A DNA stretch of 63,675 nt, taken from positions 17,300,326-17,364,000 of the forward strand of contig CM052816.1 of NCBI GenBank assembly GCA_028534125.1, in the 5' to 3' direction. Source of the stretch: Lama glama. Taxonomy: Eukaryota. Below, one piece after another: positions 26,901 to 40,270 of this stretch; within the stretch, counting starts at the first letter, position 1, and every line of letters starts with the position of its first letter. The notes under the pieces were generated by a model that saw only the letters and a program-made list of their open reading frames with translations, had not been told where the DNA came from and made no database searches. The position numbers and the translations under genes are program-made.

Positions 26901-29862
26901 TTTTAAGATGGTGTGGTAATGCGGGGGTTGGTAAGACCATGATGAAAAGACATTCGGAGAAGCAGCGTGAAGGTAAAATTTCACACTGTGTGATATTCAG
27001 GGAAGGAAGTAAAGGATGATGATCTGTGCTTACTCCTTTGCACCACCCACTGCTTTGGGCCTGCTTTGTATCTTTGGTCTTAGGCCTCTCATTTTACGTG
27101 GCACCTAGTGGCTCTGCTGTTGCTGCCTCCTGAGACCTCGTTCCATTTTAAATGTAGGGGTGTGGGACCCACTAGAGTCACACATGAGGGGCAGTGGCAG
27201 CCCTGTGGCCATAGGCTTCCCTTGCCCCATGCCTCAAGTTAGGAGGTGTTTTATCCAACAGACTACAAGGAGATTGTCCAGATCAGAACCAGGGGTCACA
27301 CCAGCCAACACTTTGGAGCTGAGTGATCCTAGGCCTGTTTTCTCCCCTCTCTGTTCAGGTAATATGTCCTGCCCTGTTTCCAGGATGGTTTGGGGATGGA
27401 GCCAGGGGACAGAGAGGAGAGCCTCCTGCAGAAGTAGGTGCCACCCAGGGCCATACTCTGGAACCTCCCTGCCAGTCATGTCATCTGCAGTAAGAAAGCT
27501 CAGAGCTGGGTCCTGGTGGAGAGGTCTGGTCACCACCACTGCTGCTGCTGCAGACTAGGTACACTTTAGGGGAGGAGGATCTTTTCCAGAAGCTTCTGAT
27601 TTGGGTTGCTTTGTATCCAGATGCACAGGCAGGTATGTCCTGCCTCCTTCACCCTCTCTGGTCTCTGGCTCACTGCCTCTGCCTTCACTTGCCCACTGCT
27701 GCCAGCTTGGCCTCTGAGTTCTGTTCTTGATCCTACTCTAAGACCAACTTTCTTTTTCTGTTTTTATTATTATTGCTCTTGTCATTGCTGTCTTAATACA
27801 AACCCACCCATGATTATTACAGAGAAAGCAGACAGGCAGAAAGAACAGGAGAAACATCACAGTCCTACCTGGAGGGAGCAGTGGGCAGCACCTCAGTATA
27901 AAGCTTTCTTGATCTTTTTCGTTCCACATGTATGTTTTCCAGCCTAAGAAAAATCTTAGCAGTATATTCTGAACATCTTTCCATGGTTGCAGACATATTT
28001 CTGTACCATTATTTTAAAACTTTAGAGAATGTATACAATAAAGGCAACTTATGATAAAAAAGTTTACAGGACACAAAGGTATAAAATGCAAAGTTGATCT
28101 TCTTCCAGACCCTCTTTCTGAAGGGAGCAGGAGACCATCTTGCATATCTCTACAAAATAGACTTTTTAACTTACACAAATAGAAGCCTTCTGTACTCGTT
28201 ATACTTTTTTTTACACTTAATACAAAATGTTGCAGTTCTTTCCAGACCCTTGTGTGTGGCCATATCTCCCTCTTTTTATTTGCTGCATCATATGGATAAA
28301 CTATAGTGGGCTATAATTTATTTAACCAGCCCTCTATTGATGCCCGTTAATATTACCAGTTTTTTCTTTTATATAAAGGGCTTCAGTGAGAATTCTTGTT
28401 GTAATCTTTTGGAGTATACTTGCTAGTGTGTAAGTAAATAGATTGTATCTGTTGGGTACCATCTTAGTAACATAAAGTAGTTCAAAGAGAGTATACATTA
28501 AAAAAAAAAAGATATTGCCAAAGTGCTTCCTAAAAATAGTAAGTATTTTGAAGGTCAACTGTTGCCTTCTGATAAGTCTTCAGCACTCCCCCACTCCTCG
28601 GTGAAAGCACTGAGAGGCAGACACAGTGTGACTCTGGGGGGCTGGACCAGCACCCCTCTCCACCGAGCTGTTTGTTTGGTTTCCTGTTTGGATGGGCCTG
28701 TCTCTTCCTGCTGCAGCAGTCCCTCCTGCTCCTCTGGGTCCCTCTCAGGTTTCCCTCTCAGGTTATGCCACAGATTTTTGCAATGGTATGTGTTATTCTC
28801 GGGGGTGGGGGTGTGGTGAGTCCCACAGTTAGAGGCTGGCTGCTCAGACCCTTGCCCCCAGCTGATGTTGTCATAGTTCTCCTGGGGAGCTGGTAGCTGG
28901 GAGAAGGGCCCTCGTGTTTTGCACAGCCTGTTTCTTCTATCTCAGTGTTCCTATTTCCAGGGACTGTTTAATCTTTAACCTCAGAGGCCTGGGACCAGGT
29001 TTCTGGCAACTTTGTTGTTTGGTAATTGAATGACCGTGCACTGGGCCATCAGCAGAGCTGGTTGGGAGGGGTATTAATGGGACCCCATCAATGAAATGGC
29101 AATTAAAATTCTTTGGACATTTTGTTTACATCCATCTGCCAGAGCTGAGCTGAAACCCTTCAGCCATGGCATGGAAAAGCCATTGGATTTCACGTGTTTG
29201 CAGACAGAAATGGCCTTTTTTCGATTGATTGGGTCATTTGAGACCATGGAATGAAGTAATTAAACTAAAGGCAGCAAAAAACTTTGATGAAGCGTTTAGA
29301 AAAACACGAACCTCTGACTCAGTCAGGGTCATCTTGTGAAATTGCTGCATCATGAAATAATGATGATGATGGTGATCATGGTGGGAGCTTCTCCCATTTC
29401 TGAACACTTGCATGGTGCCAGGCATGGTGCTCCCCGCTTCCTGTCAGAGGCCATGTAACTCTAAGAGGTAGTTATTACTTTGCTGACTTACAGATGAAGA
29501 GACAGAAACTCCAGAGATGTTTAGTAACTTGCTCAAGATCCCACACTTTGTAAGTGGCAATGCCAACAAGATTCAGAATGAGGCTACCTGACTTGCTCAG
29601 GGCCCATTCTTTATTTTCCCTTCTGCCCAGGCCGCACAGCCTCTCTCTCCATGGTGGTTGCCTTCCCCAGCCCCTCCCTCTGAGCTCCTGCTTCTACCTT
29701 GAAGGTGGCAAGTAAAGCATTCGTGTAGACATGGGTAGTTTTTGTTGGTAGCTGTTCTCCTTGCTGGGATTTTAGGAAAATCCCCTGTTCCTTCCATTCT
29801 CTGGGTAAGAGGGAACTTTGTTGTTGAATCAAAAGACTGATAACTGGGCAGTTTTGATACAG

Positions 29863-29864
<2 letters not shown>

Positions 29865-29900
<36 letters not shown>
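29865..29900. repeat. (GT)18 microsatellite
   Basis: Perfect dinucleotide run. Confidence 0.95.
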
Positions 29901-29902
<2 letters not shown>

Positions 29903-32900
29903 TAGAAAGGAAGAGGTAAATACATATACCTCTGGAATTAGGTCGACATGGAAAGAGAGCTCATAAACCCCCATCCCAGGGAGAGTGGAGGCAGTAATAT
30001 TTAGAGTCTGAGGACTAATAGTCATGACCCTTGTGGGGAGAGGCCAAGGTAAGTTTCTCTTACTTCTCTGTGGGAGCTGACGCTTCTCCCTGGAGCATGA
30101 AAACTGTGGGCCTTGAAAGCCAACTATTGATTCAAGAAAGCTTACCTCTGCCTTCCAAAAATAGGGTAACAGGAGGCAGGAGAGAGAGATTTAAAATAGG
30201 TCTGTTTTGTTTTGTTTTGTTTTTAAATCCTGCTAAAATGTTTTGGTTCTGTTTGTGTCCACCTGTGTCAGCCAGTCTCTCCTCGGGGTATGACCAGTGA
30301 TGCCATTCAGAGGCACTGATACCTCTTTCCTGGGGCTGCTGGCCCTGGAATGGCAGGGTTTATTTCATCTCTGCAGGTCAAAGAAGTCATAGATGTGTTA
30401 CCACTTCCTTTTGTTCCAGGCTTGTACTTTAGATGGACCTGATCAAAGGCTTAGGTTTATTTCTTCCCATCAAGAGGAAGGAATCCACTTAGGACTAGTC
30501 TGAGAGGTTGCCTGAGCTCTAGGCAGTCCTGAAGAATGGGCAAGGAAGCATAATAATTTCAGAGCTCGGTATATAAGACATCACTGTACTAGACGCTGAG
30601 GATTCAGCCTTACACAGGACAGACTCAAACAAGACAGAAGCTGCCCTCTTGCGGCTCATAGTCCCAGTATGAGAGAAAGGCCTCAGATGATAAGACAGAT
30701 TGATTAATGCTATGATAATTTTTATCTTCTGTTTTGGAGGCTTGGGGACACATCATCTAGTATGGTAGACAGGGGATTAGGAAAAGATCTCAGTTGAAGG
30801 GCTAGGTCAGAGATTTCAACCCAGGACTGATGCCAAAATATTTAGAATACTACTACTCTAAGATTTTTTTTTAATAAAAGAAATGTCTTCAGATTTCATA
30901 TTTTATTTCTCTCTCTGCAGTACCCCAAAGAAGGATTCTTAGGGTGCTCTGATGTCTCTATTGAATTTTACCACAATGGCCTGTGCAGGACAAGTTTTTA
31001 TTATCTTGGGGTCTAAGATACTCACCAGAATGCTTGACATTATATTCAGACAGCCTTGGTTTCTAAACCTGGCTCTACCACTTCCTGCTGTGTGATAATA
31101 ATTTCATGCCTTAGACCTTCCAACCTTCCATTTCTCCATCTGTAAAATGGAGATACTGATACTCACTTCTGCTGGGCTTTTGGAAGATGTAAGTGACAAT
31201 ATTTTTAAAATACCTAGCACCATGTTAACTATTATTAGGAAAAGCCCTCAACTTTCTCCAGGCTTGTTTCCTTGAAAAGACCCAACTCTGTCCCTAGAGC
31301 CAGCTCTTTCCTAGGAATGTGCCCCCCAATTTCCTTATCCTTTCAATGTTGGAAAGATATGTGTATGTTGCCTGGTGGGGAAAGGATTTCCAGTTGTCCA
31401 GTGCCCCTCCCCTTCTCCATAATTTCTCATCCAAATGGACAGAAACAAATCCATTGTGTTTCATTAATCAAAACTTAGAACTTAAACAGTATGTGTTACT
31501 TAGAGTAATGCCTGCTTAATTAGGACTCTTACCTAGAATTCTTAATTAATTGATTTTTTTTTCTGTTTTCATTTCTCATAAAAAGACAAGAAAAATTTGA
31601 GTTTATTTTGTAGAGTCCCCCTTCAAGGGGCTAGCCCATGGTTCAAAGATTCTATGCCCCCTGCACACTTCACCTATCCCCCAAAGGTGAGCCTTGCCTA
31701 CCTCTCCTGCATCTCCTGCAACCTTGTACAGTTCCCCATTCTTAGTGGATGCTCTGTAAATATTTGTTAGATGAATGAAGACACAGCCTGGGCTCTAGCT
31801 CAACTGAGCTACTACTGTTCTCTTGCCTTGCTCTGAATTTGCCTGCTCATACTTTTATTTAATGTGGAGTGCCTCTCCTGGTCATGGCCCTTGGACGTTG
31901 GGTTGGGGTTTTGGCGCCTTGTTTTACCCTTTTGAAGCCAGCAGTCTCCTTGTAGTTGTCAGCTCTGCTTTCTTCATTTTTCAAGAAACACTGCATTTGG
32001 CCCATAACGCATGAACATTTATTGAGCACTTAGAAGGATCCCAGTAAGTGTGAATTACATATGTTTGCATATCCAAAGACCATAACAGCTTTATGATATA
32101 GGTGCTATTATTAGCTCCATTTAATAGATGAGAAAACTGCAGCCTTAGGAAACTGAATAACATATCAGTAGAAAGTTTGTGGAACTCAGTGGAATTTAAG
32201 TGGGTCTCTAAAACCTTTGAGGTCCACAGCCTTGCCTGCAGGACCTGTAGTTTCAAAGGATGTCTCTGATGCTGTGGAAATGCTTCTCTGTTAGAGAGCA
32301 GTGCTGCCCACAAAGCTGGACTTGGCGAAGCAAGAACATGGATGGATAATACTCATCCTTCATTTCTAAAGAGCTTCTTACAGATTTCAAAGTGGGCTAA
32401 TCCATATTGTCATTTTTGAGCCCCAGAACAACCTGGAGACTGAGGTCAGGTACTGTGATCCCATTTTATGGATAATGAAGCCAAATCCTGGAAAGGAGTG
32501 ATTGTAAGAGGTGGAGCTCGGATTGGAACCCAGGTCTCTTGACCATTAGCCGAAGTTTATCACTACATTCTCCCTTAATATGTTGATAGCAAAGCAAAAC
32601 AAATTTAAAAATCCCCAAACACATATTAAAGGTAGAAGCTGATTCTCAGGGAGGTATACCTTCTGGGAGCAGAGTGGTTCTTCCCATGAAGGGGCTGGGA
32701 AGAAGGCTGACTTGAGTACAAAGTCTTGAGGGAACTCATGTTTCCCAGGAAACTGAGTTAGCCAGAGCATCCTATTCCTGTTTTTTCTACTCTGTTGTTT
32801 CTTGAGTGTTGTTAACAGAAGGGATCTCTGGCTTCCAGACCCTAGTGCTCACCCCCATCTCCTCAGCCTAAAGGGGGAAGGGAAGGAGTTTTTGTCTGGA

Positions 32901-34022
32901 CCTCTTTCTTTGTGTCCTCCTGCTCATGTCCTGCAAATCTCCTGAGTCCTGGGGTGCCAGCACTGGGTGAGAAGTTGCTGCCCAGTACCTCCTTTGTTGC
33001 CTCCTCCCCAGCAGATGCTGCTTCCTGGGAGGATTACTGAAGGGATTTCCACGGGAGGTTCCAGGTGGGCAAAGAAGCAGCCCACTTCAGAGAGAAGGGA
33101 CCTAGATTCACATCCTGCAGTGCCCCAGAGCATGCAAGATGGGGAGATGTGGGGAGCTGACTACTTTCTGCCTTGGTTTATCTTTCAGAACTTCTGGTTT
33201 GTTTACCAGTTTACCTAGAGTACACATCGCTATGCTTCCATTTTCTTCCTTTTCAAAACCCAAGCTTGTCTACTTTTGACTTTCTGGACTCTGAGGAAAA
33301 ATTTTTGACAGCTCGGAAGTGTACCTTCTCACCTTTTCCTGTTCTTTTCATTCTTTTCCTGCCTCCAAATGTGAGGTATCTGGCCAACCTGAGATAAAGG
33401 TGGGAAGACCAGGTGTGACTCTGGACCACAGAGATGTTGGCACTGGTTTGCCTGACTCTCCCACTGAGCTCAGCCATGGCTGGTCCACAGAACCTTCACG
33501 TCCCACACTTTGTCGCTTTTTCTCTCTGCTGTGTCTTGGGTGTTGCCAACACACTGGGGGACTCTGCTCCAAAGTCTTTTTGGACCACAAGAGTGTATAG
33601 GGAGAATTCTGTTACATTCCTAGCCTCCAGGTCACAAATGAATTCCCATCATCCAAAGAAGATTGTTCACTTGCTTTTATTTAACAACCGTTAGGAATGG
33701 ACACTGAAAAAAACTTAGTCTTAAATATTCTCATGGTTAGAGAGGTCTTTTCAATGCCTAAAATCTAAACTTTTTTCTGTTGACATAGAGAGAAGCAAGA
33801 CCAGCTTCTTATATTATGATAGTTGCTTCCATTCATAAAGGATCTGACTTTTAAATTTGTCCTGTGTACAGACATACCTGAGCCTTGGGATGGGTGAGCT
33901 TTAACTGCCTTCAGTGATGTCTTAGGCTGGTGGGGAGCAAGGGGGGAGGTCTTTTTGCCTAGTGAGAGATGGAAAAAATTATTTATAATTCAATCTTTGG
34001 GATTAAATGTTAATATTAAATA

Positions 34023-34100
34023 TTAACATTTAGGGAACCTGGATGAAGGGTATATGGGAATTCTTTGGATCTGAAATTATTTCAACATAAAAAATTAAAA
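34023..34100 (+). mobile_element. Old L1 (L1MC/MD-like) extreme 3' end
   Basis: aacatttagggaacctggatgaagggtatatgggaattcttt...ctgaaattatttcaacataaaaa. Confidence 0.55.
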
Positions 34101-35494
34101 ATTATTTCTGTAAGAAATGATTTAAAACTTAGGTTCTTTGTTTGGTTTTTAAGAAGTTGTTGGGTGTGTGAGGAGCTCAGCGTGCTCTGACTTTCCATTC
34201 CATCGTGCGACTCCCGCAGAGTTGATGTTCCAGCAGCCTCCTAGGTGTGGAGGAGCTCTGAATCTCACTTGAGGGGCCAGCCAGACCAAGTAAGGGTGGC
34301 CTAGAATTATCCAAGAAGCTCTCAGGCCAGAGCGGGGCCACCACAGAAGGAAGGGGAGCATCCTGGAGCCTGCAGGGCAAGGAGCACAGATGCTCCTGGG
34401 CCGATGGTGCAGGGTTATGAGAACTGAGGAAGGAGCAAGTTCAGGGGCAAATGACAAAGGATGCTGTGACCCCCAGAGCCTGCTGCACCAGGAATTGCCA
34501 GCCCTTGGGCTGATTCACCTTGAAAAAGCTTGTAAAACATGTTCACTTTTCCTTTCCCACCAGAGCATGGAGGGAGCAAGACACATGGCTTTTATCTCCA
34601 TTTTACAGATGAGGTGAGGCCTGGGAAGGTGATGCCACTGGCTCAAGGACACACCTCATAAATGACAAAGCCAGAGTTTGAATCTGGGTTCCTTTTTTTC
34701 TGAAGTGCATTCTCTTTCACTGATATTTCACTGCCTCTATAATAGCAGGATAGTGGCCTGGGCGAATGTCAGGGTAGGAATTGTCCTTGGCTCTTCCCTT
34801 GCATGGACCTGGGGCCTGTGGGTTTTATCTCATTCTGGTTCTCCTCCAGTTCCCCCTCATCTTACATCCTCCATGGGTCTGGCTGCCAAGAACCATTCCC
34901 AGTGCTGGTAGTGCTGGCCAGGTGGCTGCCACAGCTGGCAGAAGCTTACTTGGGCCTTCTTGTAAACTAGAGACTCACGATAGCTGGCTTAACTTGGACG
35001 AGAAAGGATGACCCCTTCCACCAGCCTTCTAACGTTGGCATCCTACCAGAGCCCCCAGAGACCTCCACCCACACAGCGATTCTGACCCACTTTTGTTTGG
35101 CTGAGCTGCAGGGGGCACCGTTGGCCACTGCCCGCTTGCGCCTTGAGGGAAAATGAGCTCAATTAAGTAGGCAGGCCCCACTGAGGCTTCTCTGCAACAC
35201 CATTATTAATCTCACGGAGCATGTAAAAGATACAGCCTCACATCTCTCTGCCCCATTTTCATCTGTGTTGATGTTCAGGATGGAGGGTCACTCGGAGGAT
35301 GCCTTTGCTGCTGAGTTAAAAGGCTAGTTTCCCTCCAGCCAGAATGGCTGTCTTTCTCTATGCCTTCTGCCTCCCCCAAAGCTCCCAGGACTCCACTGAA
35401 TCCCACCGACTGTCCTGCCATTGGTTCAGGGAAGGGCTGGGCTGGAGTGTGTTACAACTTTGTTTTCTGAACTTCTGCTTTTTTTTTGGAACAG

Positions 35495-35604
35495 AGCAGC
35501 ACTTTCCAGAGGTGATGCTGGGGGAAGAATTTCTTAGCCTAAGTCTGGACCAGGTGTGCAGCTTGATATCCAGTGACAAGCTGACTGTTTCTTCAGAAGA
35601 GAAG
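35495..35604 (+). CDS. KLHL3: KLHL3 coding exon (exon 6 equivalent), BACK domain
   Basis: aacag|AG ... GAGAAG|gtatgg; 110 nt, phase 1 to 0; (E)QHFPEVMLGEEFLSLSLDQVCSLISSDKLTVSSEEK. Confidence 0.97.
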
Positions 35605-38600
35605 GTATGGCACGGCCCTTTGGGGAAATGGGAGCCTTGCTCGTGAGGTGGTCATGGGAAGGATTTGTGCTTTCATGAGATCTTTTCTCTTTTTCAGAGA
35701 AGAAAAGAAAGACCTCATTTTTGTCCCTAAAAAAAAAAAATGAGGTTTTCTGGCCCATGGCCACTACATTTGCTTTATGGACCCTTTAGAGAAGGAAAAG
35801 CAATGATGATAATGATGGTGACAAATCTGCCTCCATTTCTTTAACATTTGCAATTTTCCAAACGCTGTGCTCAGTGCTCTGGGTTCCTCAGTTCACTCAG
35901 CCTTCACCTTAGCCCCAAGAAGCAGGCATCACTGCTGTCTTCACATTACAGATGAGGAGACAGCCTCAGACATGGTAACTAGCTTGTCCAGGGTCATTCA
36001 GCTGGTCTGCCTGTCACCTGGTCTCTTTTGAGTATCACTGAACATTTAAGCCAGAGCAGACTTTTGGGGAAAGTCCATTCTAAGAGGGGACTGGAATTTT
36101 TACTGATGAGGAAACTGAGGCCCAGAGTGGGAATGGGAAATGGTAAAGGTCGCATAGTTTTTCAGTGGCCAAGACAGGACTAGAACCCAGGTATCCTGAC
36201 ACCAAGTCCCCTAACTTGCTGACCACACACTGCTTCCTTTGTGCCGAAAGCTTGACTTCTGCCACTGCTTTAGCTGACCTGTGACTGCTGAGCTGTCCTA
36301 CCTCCAGGCCTTCCCTTTTGCTGACCCTCTGCTAGAAATATTCTCTACTTCTCTCTTCACCTAGTTGAATCCCCAAACAGTTCAGATTCTTTTCCACTAG
36401 GAAGAATTTATTACAGGAGATACAGACTACCATACTGAAAATAACATAAGCTTTGGTTTTGGCTAGCAGGGTCCAATGTCTCATCTCTAATATTTACAAA
36501 TCAGGTATGTGACCTTGGACAAGATACTTTGCTTCTCCATCTATTTCGTCATCAGTAAAATGTGAATAATAACAGAACATGTTCCACAGAGAAGTTGTGG
36601 GGATTGAATGGGGTAAGGTGTGTAACATGCCTGGTACATTACCTGCTACCTGGTAGATGCTCAGTGTTAGCTGAATGATTATTGACCTTGCATCTGGAAT
36701 TAATCCCCTTCTCGTCTGAGTTCCAGGGTAACACTCACCTTGTTCTGCTTTTTACTGTAGTTACTCTGAGCAGGTCTTACTCTTCCACTCACCTGGTTCC
36801 TCACAAGTTCCCTGGTGGTAGGGACCATATCTCACTCACCTCCAAATCCTCAGAGATTCTCATAAATGTTTTTTGAATCGTCCCAGTCCACTCTTAGTGT
36901 CCAAGCTGGATGCCCTTTCCTGAGGGAATAGTCAAGGAAAAGCTCCTGAGAAGGATTCCATGTAGGCAAAGAGACTGTGTTCAAAGGTCCATGCCCAGGG
37001 AATGGGATGAAATTCACAAGCCCCTGCCTGTTGTCCTGCAAAAGTTTGATGAAGAAGAAAAGCAGTTGTTGACTGGAACTGTGGGCTGTCCTGAGACTTC
37101 AGAGGGATCCCCAAAAGGTGACTGGTGCAAGCTGGACTTTCCGTCAGTCTCAGGGAGGTCTCTGCTTCCATTAACTGACGTGAAACAGCACCTCCAGGGG
37201 AAAGCATGCCTCTGGCTAGGCCCCAGGCCCCTTCCTGCCCCAGCCTCAGAAATGGAGGGGCTTCCCCCACTTCTTGCCAAGCCCTGTGTCCCGTCTTTTC
37301 TGGACTGTGCTAAAATTGGCACAATTGGAAGGAATGAACTATTCGGTTAATCGGCTGTGTGAATGCTGGGGCAGTTGGCTGGATTGGGGCCTGCTTGAGC
37401 ATGTCCTCAAGCAGAGTTTGAGAAAATGGAAGCAGGCATACATATAAGCAGCAGGATTTGGATCAACTAGGGGGTGTTTGGATTGGAGGAGGGGGCCTGT
37501 TACCTTGAATTCATGCTGGCTCCTCCTGTCTGAGATCATATATAGTAACTTTTCTTCAGGTGAGGGCTTATCTATGCTTGCTGTGCTAGCACACGGGTGG
37601 AGGTGGGTTGTTAGTAGGGAGAGGCATTGTAGTGCTCTGGAAACCACTTGGGTTTTGGATTTAGGCAGACTTGGTTCCATGCTTGGCTTGATGCTTACTG
37701 GCTGTATGATCTTGAGAAGTCACTGGTTTCTTTGAACCATAATTTCCTTACCTATAAAATGGAAATACTAAGAATGCCTCCCTTATAGAGTTGTCATGAG
37801 GATTAGAGATGATGGGTGAAAAAAAAAAAAAACACTTGCAGTGTTTGGCAGGTGCTCAATAAAGGCAGATATCATTGTAATTACCGCAATTCTCTATTTT
37901 AAGTTACCAACAATAATGGTAATGGTATCGATTTTGCCACTGGTGATGATAAGTTAAACCATGGATTTAATTGGTTAATTGCATCCTTCCAGAAACAAAG
38001 AAACATGACATAAACATTGTCTGTCATGGTGTTAATTTATTCATATATGTACTTATGAGTTGCTCTTTTTGTAGAATCAGAGTTTGGAGTGTAGGTATTT
38101 TTCACATTATTAAAGTTGTGTATCATATTTAGTTCTCAGAAGTTATGTGTGGCTTCAGACTTACGTGACACTTTTCTAAGAGTAGATTACTTATGATCTT
38201 GATCCCTTTGGTATGTTGAAGATTGGCCGTGTAATTTTGAGGTTTTTCCATGAACAGTGGGGTTTGGCCTGCAGTTTCTCTTTGGTGAAACCCATAGTTT
38301 TATTTCCCCTTAAAGGATCACATATTGCTGGAAGTTAAATTGTTGGAAGCTTTTGACAATGAAATGTTTATCATTTGAACACTAGCCCTCTAGGCTTTGA
38401 CGATTCTATGATCTGTTCCCAGAAATTTAGTGATTCCTACTCCCGTTAATTGCATTACTATGATAGGCCTAATCGCTTGCGTGCACGATAGCTTTTTCTT
38501 GCAATATTGCACTGTAGTGAAATTTTTCAAGTGTATTTGAAGTAGTATCAGGGATCTTCGTTTAAGTTAAAATTTGTTGCATTTAATTTGCAGAAAATTT

Positions 38601-39854
38601 GCAGAACATTTGCAGAAAATTCAACTGAGTCAGCAATCTAATAACCTGTATTCAGCTAAATCTGTACTTGGACAGCAATATCAATTATATTATGACTTAC
38701 TTCGCTGCCTTCAGCCCACAGATTTCTTTCAACATATACTATAAAATGCAGCCAGATTTCAGACATTAAAATGTGAAAATAATATGCTTCTTAAAATAGG
38801 GGAAATGTGGTATTTTACTGTTAATGGTGATTATAAGTGGCTGTGGTGGGACCCAGTAGCTTGCTTGTTGGAAGTCTGAGAGTATGGGTTCTGCAGTCAG
38901 AATAACTGAATTCGAATCCTGGCTCCACTACTTTAACAAGCTGCGTGATCTTGGGCAAGTTATTTATCTCATATCAGAATGTATGCACCATATGCAGTCA
39001 GGAATTTTGACTGTCTTATGGTTACTCTTGCTAGAGTGATAGCAGGTTCGTGGCAGACACTAAAAAATGTTTGTTGAATGAATGAATAAAAGAACCGCTC
39101 TAAGCCTGAGTTTTCTCATCTGTAAAAGGGGGGTAATGAGAGTGTAGTATCTATCTTACAGAGTTCTGAGGATGAAGTGAGATGATGCATAAAAAGTGCT
39201 TAGTGCACAAGAAGTGTTCGTCACTGTGAGGTAGGGTTATTGCTGCTATTATTATTATCCTACTAGTACTGCTACTACTACTAGTAGTAACCGTTGTCTG
39301 GGGCCTTTCTCCAGGGGACCTCCTTCCTGGAGCCCACGCTGTGCTGAGTGGTTGGTGTAACCTGTGGCTCTGTGCCTAGCATGAGCCGAGAGGGGAGTGG
39401 TCTCTTGGTCCCCAGCATCCCCAGCACCATCTGGGCCTCTCCCAGGGCTCAGATGCCATTCTTTCCCCAGCAGCACTTGCTTCTGTTTATGCCTTATCTC
39501 CTCCACTATGCTCAGGCTTTTTGAGGGCTGTGAGGGTACCTTCGCCACCTCTGTGCCATACGTAATCCTGACACGGATCCCTGGGAGGCGCTGGGAGGTG
39601 CTTAGCCGACATTCCCTGAGGAAGTGAAGAGGCAGACTGGGGCTGGACTCTACCCTGAGCCAGCTGAGGTTATGGGGATAATTTGAATATTTTTCCAGAG
39701 AATAAGGACAAATGTGGGAACTAGAGGTCAGAGGAGGGCATGGATCTTTGCCATTCTTCTCTCTTGTTTTTCCTCCATGTAGTTTTTGTTTGAATATTTC
39801 TGTTTTTTGAGAGAGGATAAATGGATGTTGTAGGAGTCACAAAATCACGAGTTC

Positions 39855-40270
39855 TTTTTTTTTTTACTGAGTTATAGTCATTTTACAATGTTGTGTCAAA
39901 TTCCAGTGTAGAGCACAATTTTTCAGTTATACATGAACATACATATATATTCATTGTCACATTTTTTTTTTGCTGTGAGCCACCACAAGATCCTGTATAT
40001 ATTTCCCTGTGCTATATAGTATAATCTTGTTTATCTATTCTGCATATGCCTGTCAGTATCTACAAATTTTGAAATCCCAGTCTGTCCCTTCCCACCCCCC
40101 GCCCCCTTGGCAACCATGTGGTATTCTATGTTTGTATTCTATGAGTCTGTTTCTGTTTTGTATTTATGTGCTTTTTTTTTTTTTTTTTTTTAGATTCCAC
40201 ATATAAGCGATCTCATATGGTATTTTTCTTTCTCTTTCTGGCTTACTTTACTTAGAATGACATTCTCCAG
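39855..40270 (-). mobile_element. Young camelid-type L1 3' fragment
   Basis: T-tail then gagttatagtcattttacaatgttgtgtcaaattccagtgtagagcac, near-identical to 10775-10966. Confidence 0.85.

Noticed and set aside
27098..27112. CTCF-like motifs at 27098-27112 and 35104-35119
   Set aside because: Mismatches at core positions; weaker than the 52104 site
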